This document shows, in pieces, positions 48,898 through 57,667 of a stretch of 64,000 nt of DNA. The stretch spans positions 1-64,000 of IMG/VR virus record IMGVR_UViG_3300028844_006574. One strand, written 5' to 3'. Made by a program: the position numbers and the translations under genes. This DNA comes from a virus. The notes under the pieces are model-generated. The model had not been told where the DNA came from and did not search any database. It worked only from the letters and a program-made list of their open reading frames with translations. Position 1 is the first letter of the stretch. Each line of letters starts with the position of its first letter.

Positions 48898-51800
48898 ATG
48901 TCAATCAACAGCACCAGATACTATTCGAGTGATGATACAACACTATCTGCTACAACCACTAAACCACTAACATATGTTGAATGGTTACAGTATGAAACAT
49001 CATTTGATAGGGCATCCGCATTTGAGCAGTACACAAGGTATCTATCTGAATGGTACAATAAGAGAGATGTAAACAACCAAGTCACAGATGTACAGTATAT
49101 AAGAAATATATACACTGAGTTATTGAAACAAATTTCCATAGAGTTTACCACACCTGATGAAAAGCGTTTTTTATCTAATATAGATTTTGAAAATAAAAAC
49201 GACTTGGATGTTGCTTTACCTTTTTTCGCTAGAAAGTTAAAGCAAATCGCGATATATTATTCAAATCAAAGAGAAGAAATTAAATTTTCCGGTGTCAAAG
49301 CCAATTTGAAAGGTAGTGATTATGGAATCAATCAAGTTGTTTATAAACAAGTGGCCGAGATCATAAAATATGACCCTGACATTCAATCTCAATTGGCTGA
49401 TATGGGACTATCACAGCAAGACGTACTAACGAATTTGAGAGTTGAAGTACAAGAATTGTATGACACGGAACAAAACTATTATAATATACCATATGAATCT
49501 GATGCGAGTAGTTACACCGGTACCGGTTCAAATAGATATAATTACTTCAACATGTCGTTAATTCCTCAAAGAGAGAGAATGTTTTTATCTGATACATTTA
49601 CCGAGACTGTGAAGGAATTGATAGAACAAGTACCGGTAATCATGTTTTCGGGTATCGAAAGCGTAACCCAATCAGACTCGAAGGAAATGAGAGATATAGA
49701 GAATAGATCATATGCCATATCTGATATTATAACCGGAACGGAATTAGATAGATTAAATGATAAACAATTTTCAAATTATTTGTCAACGGGTCAGTTAAAT
49801 ATAGAATATGAACAACTCGCTTTTAAAAAATACTGCGGTACCGACTATTATTATTTGAGCACCGGTGATACACTGTCCCAAGTAGTATCTTCCAAATTAT
49901 TTGCGGCTGATAACCCACATAAAGAAATATTAAATAAATTTTACCCAACTATATTAACCACAAACGGTGAAGGGTTGTATAAGCAAGAATATATTGGAGG
50001 TTATTTTAACTCAAACAATGTGGGTATTTTAACATACACTACTTTAGATTTTGAGTATAAATTCAAACCAACTGAAACAAACAAAACATACTTTTTTCCA
50101 GACCCATCCACTGGCTCAACCGGGTTCTTTGGAGCTGATAGACCGTTTGAAACAGTAGTAGAGTATTATGAAAATGTGAATTGGCAAAAAAACGCAATAA
50201 CAACACATTATAATTTTGGTTTACAAAAACAGTACAAAAACCTCATCAGATTTACCCCGTATCAATCAAAATCTGACACGTATATGACACAAACCGGTGT
50301 CAATAGAAGTACAGATGAATTTGACTTTTGGGAACAAAAAAGTGACAATGTCTGGAAAAACCCGGACATATACCCACTTGGAGAAAATTACACACAACCA
50401 ATAGACACACGATACGGTCAGTTGCTAGGAGGAGACAAGGTATTATATAAATGGAAATCTGATATATATGGTAATGAATATACTTTAATTAAAACAAAGG
50501 TTGAACCAGTTGAACAACCACCTATCAACAAAAATTCAACTCTATATCAGACCGAGTTAAAAACCATACCGGAAGAGCACTTAAAACCCGCTAGTAGACA
50601 TAAAAATAATATAGTACCCAAGCACCACAAAAAGAAAACTCTGACAGAACAACAATCGATCGCCGGTGAATTGTATATTAGGAACAATACATATACCGGT
50701 ATATTAACCTTAAATTCACCTCTGGTAAAACCTTTATACGAAAAATATACCGTACAGGGTAAGGTAACATATAGAGACTCGGAAATAACATTAACCGATA
50801 TATCTTCAGAAATAACTAACGAGTTGCTAGATATTGATGTGATTTATGATACGATAGTCTTTGAAACTCGTAATTACTTAGTATTTGAAAGAATATCCTA
50901 CGATTATGATACCGGGAAAATAAGCACCGGTCATAATAATTTTTCGTTTTTGAAAAAAGACTATCATCAGAACCGGTATGAAAAAACAAGTAATTGGTGG
51001 TATGACAAATCTCAACAAAGTCTAATGGTGGTAAAAACTACCGTCCACCCGGAACTATCTGCAACTACAGACAAGATGATTTACCCGGAAATATATGACT
51101 ACAACATGAATTCCGGTGTTTTGAGACGTACGTACCCGGATCAAGACTTAACAGATGATCAGATTATATATGAAACATCTGTATATTCTCTGTCAAGTAT
51201 AAATAAATTCAATATAATAGACATAGATCGAGTAAAATCACCTAGAATAACATACAACAAAGATTCGGAAAGATATACAATGACTCAACTAGGTTATGAT
51301 ATCGCGGATAATATATTTCTATTAAAAAACGACTTTTTAATGTATGATAACACGGTACAGGCAGTCAAACCAAGTATCTACAAAAACAATTATATAATAT
51401 ATACACTGAACCCGGCTAATGATAGCATACAGAGAACATTTATGTATGAAACAAACCCTAGTCTGACATATCTATCAATGAGTGAGTTTACATACATGCA
51501 CGACGATGTTAGAAACTTGTTGTTCATGGGATGTCTGGAGAACCGAACTACTGAAAACCCAGACCCTCAACCCAATAGCAGTTGTGTGTTTATACACGGT
51601 ACAGAACCACAAAACATGCAAACAAACAGAGACATGGTGATGTGTTTTGACTTCATGACATGTGGGTTTATAGACGGTGACACGACTGCAAAACCAAACG
51701 GGTTGAGTGTAGTGTTTTTCCAAGCACGTGTTAAGGATTTAAATTTAAAAAATGCTGCAGCTTCAGAACCGGAATATGAACTACTCGATGATGGTGGGTT

Positions 51801-52629
51801 AGGGCCTGCATTTACATATTTAGATGATGTAACCCGTGGTACAAACACTCAAAGTGCTTTATCCGGTTTAGACACTGGACATGCATGTGTAGCTTTAGAC
51901 GTTGTTGGTAATGTAGGTGGTAATACAAAAACACCAAACAACATAACCGTATTCGCGCAGTACGATACAGTGAATAGATTTGAAGAAACAACGAATGTTG
52001 ATTCAAGCAAGTATAACTTTTGGTCAGACATATCAGAATATACCGACTACACAGATTTACCATTTGTCAGGTGTAAAGTAGTGTTGACCGATTTAGGTAA
52101 GAGAATTAAAGTATATTTGAAACATCCTCATGAACCAGAGTTTGAATTGGTATCAGATGTGTCACTGCTCCCGGCTGCAGATGCTAGTAAAGTTTTTTAC
52201 AACGACAAAATATACAAATGTTTAACAGACCATACATCATCAGTAACTATCAATATAGAGGATGACACACGAGTAAGCTACAACGGTACAATATACAGAT
52301 GCACAAGAGACCACACAGCTTCTGTAACAGAAACACCTGATAGTACCCCATTTTATTGGAAAGCAGACAAGCAATGGCCATATACATTAAATGCAACCCC
52401 ATGGACCTCCGGGACAAATTATAAATCTAGTAACTGGATCATGATCCAAAGTTACGCACCTGCTCCCGGGGATTATGAAACATGGGATTCCGGAGGTAAC
52501 ACCTATTACAAGGAGTATCAAGCACCTGATCGATTGAAAATGGCATTAGCAAGTAATACATCAGAAGCTAACACTGGATTGACTGTGATCCGGAACATAA
52601 CGGTAACAGGAGCAGGTAACAACACATGA
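48898..52629 (+). CDS. Large structural protein with C-terminal ConA/L-lectin-like domain interrupted by CBM5/12-like motifs
   Basis: NGLSVVFF..GGLG..VALD..PNNI..MALASNT pattern; V.YN..IY.C..DHT x2; late motif upstream. Confidence 0.65.
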   Translation: MSINSTRYYSSDDTTLSATTTKPLTYVEWLQYETSFDRASAFEQYTRYLSEWYNKRDVNNQVTDVQYIRNIYTELLKQISIEFTTPDEKRFLSNIDFENKNDLDVALPFFARKLKQIAIYYSNQREEIKFSGVKANLKGSDYGINQVVYKQVAEIIKYDPDIQSQLADMGLSQQDVLTNLRVEVQELYDTEQNYYNIPYESDASSYTGTGSNRYNYFNMSLIPQRERMFLSDTFTETVKELIEQVPVIMFSGIESVTQSDSKEMRDIENRSYAISDIITGTELDRLNDKQFSNYLSTGQLNIEYEQLAFKKYCGTDYYYLSTGDTLSQVVSSKLFAADNPHKEILNKFYPTILTTNGEGLYKQEYIGGYFNSNNVGILTYTTLDFEYKFKPTETNKTYFFPDPSTGSTGFFGADRPFETVVEYYENVNWQKNAITTHYNFGLQKQYKNLIRFTPYQSKSDTYMTQTGVNRSTDEFDFWEQKSDNVWKNPDIYPLGENYTQPIDTRYGQLLGGDKVLYKWKSDIYGNEYTLIKTKVEPVEQPPINKNSTLYQTELKTIPEEHLKPASRHKNNIVPKHHKKKTLTEQQSIAGELYIRNNTYTGILTLNSPLVKPLYEKYTVQGKVTYRDSEITLTDISSEITNELLDIDVIYDTIVFETRNYLVFERISYDYDTGKISTGHNNFSFLKKDYHQNRYEKTSNWWYDKSQQSLMVVKTTVHPELSATTDKMIYPEIYDYNMNSGVLRRTYPDQDLTDDQIIYETSVYSLSSINKFNIIDIDRVKSPRITYNKDSERYTMTQLGYDIADNIFLLKNDFLMYDNTVQAVKPSIYKNNYIIYTLNPANDSIQRTFMYETNPSLTYLSMSEFTYMHDDVRNLLFMGCLENRTTENPDPQPNSSCVFIHGTEPQNMQTNRDMVMCFDFMTCGFIDGDTTAKPNGLSVVFFQARVKDLNLKNAAASEPEYELLDDGGLGPAFTYLDDVTRGTNTQSALSGLDTGHACVALDVVGNVGGNTKTPNNITVFAQYDTVNRFEETTNVDSSKYNFWSDISEYTDYTDLPFVRCKVVLTDLGKRIKVYLKHPHEPEFELVSDVSLLPAADASKVFYNDKIYKCLTDHTSSVTINIEDDTRVSYNGTIYRCTRDHTASVTETPDSTPFYWKADKQWPYTLNATPWTSGTNYKSSNWIMIQSYAPAPGDYETWDSGGNTYYKEYQAPDRLKMALASNTSEANTGLTVIRNITVTGAGNNT

Positions 52630-55109
52630 AGACACCTTTCAACATACCTAAAATAGAGTTTGATATCACACATGAAAATCAAACATCCACTGGTGAAACT
52701 ATCACACAGACATACGAACAAATCGTACTCAAAGGACCTCATGAAATACAGTTCAACATAAAATCCCAACCTGAGCTGATCAAGGTGGTATACAATCTTG
52801 ACTACACTCAACAGTGTGGTACTACAACACAACCAGCGAGTAGTGAAGTACGATATGAACCCGAATTTACTACTGGTAGTAACAATTTGTTAACAGATCC
52901 CGCTGATTCAATAATCACTGGTCGGTTCTTTCCAGATAAATACCAGTACGAAACAACTGTATTCCCAGGCTTAACAACTATAGATAAAGACCTTAACAAA
53001 GTCGTGCATCAGGTGAGTGTACGAGTTGCACAACCATCCGTACATGATTATGTCAATGATTTAGACATTGTGGATGTAAGAACATTTACAAATCTGTCCG
53101 GTAAACGAGGCAAGGCATTGCTATTACTAGAGGACCAAACAAACAATTTTATAGTCCCTATGACATTGTTTGGAGAGAGACAATACACCAGTACAATTGA
53201 GCTAGGAGACGCACTGTTTGGGCAGATAGTATTCAATATATGTGTATCTAGAGCACCGTACGATAATGTCAAACCTGACGGTACTGAAGTGGTAACAACT
53301 AGTGAGTCATTTTTAGCAGAAACAGTTTTTTACGGTCAGACCAGGTTTGGTACATATGAAGCTGAAGGTTTCCCCGCAGCTGTTCGTGACCAATTCACAA
53401 TAAACAACACAGGTAGTTATCCGCTCCGGGTTTTATCTGTTACTAACCCTAACACACCCTTTTATATGGATGGTATTCAACTAGAAGGTGTATACTCCCC
53501 GGTAGACAGTGGATGTTTAAATTCAAAATCTATTTATGTTTATTTCTCCCCACCTGACTTGATTGATTCAGCGCAATCACAAGGCCAAAATTTTTCTGTA
53601 ACATATCAGGATAGCATCATCATTGAAAATGACAGTGTGAACAACCCCGAGATCAAAATAGATTTAACAGGTACCGCCAAATCCGGGTACTTGGTTGTAG
53701 ATGGACCCGGTTTCACTAGTGATGACCCGGTTGAGTTTGACCCAACATTAGTTGGTGAAAAAACATTACAACCAATCACAATAAGCAACAACGGTAGCTG
53801 CCCGGTCAAGATATTCGATATTGAATATGATGACGATGCGGAAATCACTCCAGATGGAGTGTCATACCCATTTGTTTTGTTACCTCAAGAATCTAGAACA
53901 ATAAATGCGGCTTTCAGACCAACTGAAGCGCGTTACTTAGAAGATATAGCAGACGAAATCGCATACCCGGTACCATATGAAGCTGTGATACCTAAAACCG
54001 TCAACTGGACCATACGTAGCAACGCGTTCAATGACATAACTGTACCAGCCGCTTTGACCGGTCATGCATTCACTACTACAACTACCACAACTACTACTAC
54101 AACAACTACTACAACAACTACTACAACCACCACAACTACAACTACAACTACAACTCAAAGTACCACAACCACAACCACAACCACAACCACAACTACAACA
54201 TGTCCTGTTGAACCGGAAGTGGTGTTTTTGAAGTGGCAAGTGAATCCAGTGTATGTTGTGGAAGGAAAAACAACAAGCATCAGAATAATTAGGGACAGTC
54301 GTAGTACATACAAAGGAGCTCTGCTTGTGGATTACCATCCAGAGGGTGTTACTGACAGTGCACAACCCGGAGAAGATTATGATGAATCTGTGAACACTAG
54401 TGTGGCGTTCTTCCCTGAAAATGCCATGTCGACCGACATCATAATCGGTACATTGGCTGGTGGTGGTATCACGATAGACGGTGTAGAGTTACAGATTTCA
54501 GGTTTGGAAACAGCTGAATATTTCAACATGATGTTGACCAACATCAGAGCCACTCCACCAGAGGGTACCGAGGATGTGTTCCCGTACAGATGTGTACCTG
54601 GATATTTCGTAACCGATTCAGAACCAGAAGGTATACCGTCTGCAAGTGAACCAGTACCATACGTACCCAAGCCTGTGTTGATTCTAGACAAACCTGGTGA
54701 TGCCAGCGTGTCGTTCAAAGGGAGTTGTACATTGGAAGACGTGACCGCGTTGTTGAGATGTGTGGATGATGATGTTACACTGGAACTATTAGAAGTGGAT
54801 GCGCCAGGAGACGGTGCAACATTGTTGGAAGTGTTCAACAAATACACGGGTCAGCTGATCACCACAGTACCGGTGGCCAACTTACAAAACGGACCGGTGT
54901 ATATAGATGTAAAGGAACACCAAGATGAATTTGGTTATGTACAAATACTGTATGAAGCATGCGGTTGCTGTATAGAGAAGGTGTATTCATGCACTTGTTC
55001 AATAATAGATGTTGAAGGAGAGTTGGTATGTTGTAACATCGCAGGTGTTGATGGAGAGCTTGTATGTTGTGAGATAACACAGGTAGAAGGAGAACTTAGT
55101 TGCGGTTAA
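52626..55109 (+). CDS. Structural/appendage protein: Ig-like (ASH/choice-of-anchor-D-like) domains, poly-Thr linker, Calx-beta-like domain, Cys-rich tail
   Basis: TINNTG..PL.V, TISNNG..PV.I, AFRPT, LTG.A; T28-QS-T13; V.EG...A.PGEDY....F. Confidence 0.75.
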   Translation: MKTPFNIPKIEFDITHENQTSTGETITQTYEQIVLKGPHEIQFNIKSQPELIKVVYNLDYTQQCGTTTQPASSEVRYEPEFTTGSNNLLTDPADSIITGRFFPDKYQYETTVFPGLTTIDKDLNKVVHQVSVRVAQPSVHDYVNDLDIVDVRTFTNLSGKRGKALLLLEDQTNNFIVPMTLFGERQYTSTIELGDALFGQIVFNICVSRAPYDNVKPDGTEVVTTSESFLAETVFYGQTRFGTYEAEGFPAAVRDQFTINNTGSYPLRVLSVTNPNTPFYMDGIQLEGVYSPVDSGCLNSKSIYVYFSPPDLIDSAQSQGQNFSVTYQDSIIIENDSVNNPEIKIDLTGTAKSGYLVVDGPGFTSDDPVEFDPTLVGEKTLQPITISNNGSCPVKIFDIEYDDDAEITPDGVSYPFVLLPQESRTINAAFRPTEARYLEDIADEIAYPVPYEAVIPKTVNWTIRSNAFNDITVPAALTGHAFTTTTTTTTTTTTTTTTTTTTTTTTTTTTQSTTTTTTTTTTTTTCPVEPEVVFLKWQVNPVYVVEGKTTSIRIIRDSRSTYKGALLVDYHPEGVTDSAQPGEDYDESVNTSVAFFPENAMSTDIIIGTLAGGGITIDGVELQISGLETAEYFNMMLTNIRATPPEGTEDVFPYRCVPGYFVTDSEPEGIPSASEPVPYVPKPVLILDKPGDASVSFKGSCTLEDVTALLRCVDDDVTLELLEVDAPGDGATLLEVFNKYTGQLITTVPVANLQNGPVYIDVKEHQDEFGYVQILYEACGCCIEKVYSCTCSIIDVEGELVCCNIAGVDGELVCCEITQVEGELSCG
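54072..54200 (+). repeat. Poly-threonine tract (T28-Q-S-T13) of mixed ACT/ACA/ACC codons
   Basis: Read directly, 43 codons. Confidence 0.97.
54996..55103 (+). repeat. Three degenerate 36-bp repeats encoding C-x-I-x2-V-(E/D)-GEL-x-C
   Basis: CSIIDVEGELVC CNIAGVDGELVC CEITQVEGELSC. Confidence 0.9.
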
Positions 55110-55164
55110 TCAATATGAACCGCTTTAAAACTGAAATTTGTGAATAAATAATCACTAGAGTGCT

Positions 55165-55911
55165 ATGTCCTGCGAAAACTGTAACATTATAATCCGAAAC
55201 GTTATCGGAACCCCGGCTTCGTATAAAATCCGGTGGACAAAACTAAATTCTTTAAACGAGGTTGTATATATTAACAATGGACCAATCACAGCTAATGATA
55301 TAAGAGAGACAAATCTGGAGATCTTCGCCGGCGGGCCCGGGCATCCGGATTACGGTCAGTATTGGGATGGTAACAACATAAACATCAGATTTGAAAACTT
55401 TTTTAACCCAGATTGTTACCTTGATGTAACATACAGCTGTGAACCAGCGACAACTACCACATTACCATCAGTTGATTGTTGTGACGGCATGGATTACGCG
55501 ATAAAAACAACAGGCTCCGGAGCCGATCAATCACCATTGGCTGGGTTATCAACAACAGGTTTTGCTCAGGGCACATATCAATATACGCAGACAGGTACAT
55601 TTACATACACAGTTGATATACAAGGTACAGGTAAGTTATGCTACGGTGGAATAAATCAGACGGCAACCCCTCGAGGCTCCGGGCTTGGTTGGTCATGTGT
55701 ATTGGTCAATGGTACTGGTCAAGAAGTAGAAGCTGATGGAACAACTTTAGTACAAGGCTTTGCCGGTCCGGTTGGTAGAATAACAATGATTAGGCCATGG
55801 TCAGATAATGTAAACGGTAACTATGTAACATACGTATCTCCAAGCGGTATATGTTTTAGAGGGCAACTCGACGAAAATGGACCATTTTTCGTAGAATTGA
55901 GAGAAGTGTAA
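55165..55911 (+). CDS. Cys/Gly/Thr-rich late protein
   Basis: 248 aa; TAAATA upstream; PATTTTLP linker. Confidence 0.7.
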   Translation: MSCENCNIIIRNVIGTPASYKIRWTKLNSLNEVVYINNGPITANDIRETNLEIFAGGPGHPDYGQYWDGNNINIRFENFFNPDCYLDVTYSCEPATTTTLPSVDCCDGMDYAIKTTGSGADQSPLAGLSTTGFAQGTYQYTQTGTFTYTVDIQGTGKLCYGGINQTATPRGSGLGWSCVLVNGTGQEVEADGTTLVQGFAGPVGRITMIRPWSDNVNGNYVTYVSPSGICFRGQLDENGPFFVELREV

Positions 55912-56468
55912 TGAGATTGTTACAATTACAAGACGAGGTGCAATATTACGTAGGGTGGTACGGAGTGTGTAAAGAAGACGGTACCCCGGATGCTAGTGAT
56001 AGTGACGCGCCCTGTCAAAATATAGATTTAAATACAGGTAGATACGCAGACGGTACTTTATTACAATGGGACAATGGGAAGGGAAACTTCCGCGACCAGT
56101 TACAGTTTGTACAACAAGTTCGGGATGATGGTAAAGACTTTGGGTTGTATGATATGAAAGTTCTAGATGAGATCCGACAATTTTTTATGTTTAGATACGG
56201 TCTCAGCACTAGTGATGCAGCACAAGCTGTTGACCAAGCCATCCGGGAGGAGCTGAACACTCCTCCACCAACCGGGCCTTTAACAAATATTGTAAATTTT
56301 GCTGACCTTGTGTGCGGTAAAGCATATACTATTGTAGTTAAACCTGGTACTGGCGGAACTGGTGTTGGTTCTGTTACATGTCAAATAGACATACCGGAGT
56401 TTAGATACATGTATGTAGGTACAGCTGATTCCGGATTAAGATTAACTAACGAGTGTTGTTACAGTTAA
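55911..56468 (+). CDS. Hypothetical Cys-containing protein
   Basis: 185 aa coupled to upstream stop. Confidence 0.7.
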   Translation: MRLLQLQDEVQYYVGWYGVCKEDGTPDASDSDAPCQNIDLNTGRYADGTLLQWDNGKGNFRDQLQFVQQVRDDGKDFGLYDMKVLDEIRQFFMFRYGLSTSDAAQAVDQAIREELNTPPPTGPLTNIVNFADLVCGKAYTIVVKPGTGGTGVGSVTCQIDIPEFRYMYVGTADSGLRLTNECCYS

Positions 56469-56510
56469 TATAACATTGCATATTAAGTAAAATAACCATA
56501 TATATAGTAT

Positions 56511-57626
56511 ATGAAGTTAACAATAGGCATGTCATGTTATGACGATTATGATGGTGTGTGGTTCACCATTCAGAGCATACTAATGTATCACTCTGAGTGT
56601 GTAGACGATATAAATTTTGTTGTTATTGATGGCAACCCGGAAAGCTCTCACGGTAAAGCTTGTGAGCAACTGATCAGCAAACTGAAAAACAAACACGGTA
56701 ACAACGGATTGTATGTGAAAAATGTTTCTTGGCCTGGTACAGCCAGTAGAGACTACATATTCCAGTATGCAAAGACACCATATGTGTTAGTTGTTGACAG
56801 TCATGTACAGATTGTACCAGGTGCGATCAAAAAATTAATAAAATATTATGATAAACAACCAGATTGTAAAAATTTGATACACGGACCATTGCTAGATGGC
56901 GCCGGTAACACATTTGCTACTGAGATGTCACCAGAATGGGATTACAACATGTATGGTAAATGGTTGGTAAACCCTGACCGGTTGAAATTAAACAAAGAGT
57001 ACGAGATTGAAATCATGGGCCTAGGCTTATTCAGTTGTGTCAAGTCTAACTGGTTAGGATTCAACAAAAAGTTCAGAGGTTTTGGTGGGGAAGAAGGGTA
57101 CATACACAAAAAATATAGAAAAGCCGGTCACAAATCTGTAGCGTTACCCTGGCTCAAATGGAATCATCGTTTCACCAGACCTAGAGGAGTACCTTACCAA
57201 AACGAATACATTGACCGGGTGAAAAACTATTTAATCGGCTGGAACGAGCTTGGTGAAGACACCACAGAAATAATAGACTACTACAGCACCAGCAACACAC
57301 AGCCTGGCCAGGAGCGAGAGGCTATAAACGAATCAGATCTGCTGGTGCTACAAGATAAACTGTCACAAACCAAATTAAACTCTGTAGCACCTGACGCTCT
57401 AGCAGAAGAACATCGTCAGTTACGTGCTCGAGTGATTGAGTTGGAGATGAAATTGATGGAACTAGCTTTCTCACCAGAGTCTAACAAAGTAAAAGAGATG
57501 AGTCTGTCGGAATACACACAACAAACCGAACGATCAACAAATGTATTAGAAAAACCACCAACTGACCCGGTAAAGGCGATAGAGGATTCATTCAAACAAA
57601 AATTAATCCAAGAACCACAGGGTTAA
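56511..57626 (+). CDS. GT-A glycosyltransferase resembling polypeptide GalNAc-transferase catalytic domain (GT2/GT27-like), with C-terminal coiled coil
   Basis: VVDSHV (DxH), MGLGLFS, GFGGEE, NHRF. Confidence 0.8.
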   Translation: MKLTIGMSCYDDYDGVWFTIQSILMYHSECVDDINFVVIDGNPESSHGKACEQLISKLKNKHGNNGLYVKNVSWPGTASRDYIFQYAKTPYVLVVDSHVQIVPGAIKKLIKYYDKQPDCKNLIHGPLLDGAGNTFATEMSPEWDYNMYGKWLVNPDRLKLNKEYEIEIMGLGLFSCVKSNWLGFNKKFRGFGGEEGYIHKKYRKAGHKSVALPWLKWNHRFTRPRGVPYQNEYIDRVKNYLIGWNELGEDTTEIIDYYSTSNTQPGQEREAINESDLLVLQDKLSQTKLNSVAPDALAEEHRQLRARVIELEMKLMELAFSPESNKVKEMSLSEYTQQTERSTNVLEKPPTDPVKAIEDSFKQKLIQEPQG

Positions 57627-57667
57627 AAACAATCCCCTATAAAAGAAAAATTGTATAAATATATACA

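Noticed and set aside
53937-54365. Cys-rich metallothionein-like ORF on the minus strand
   Set aside because: Simply the antisense reading of the poly-Thr tract
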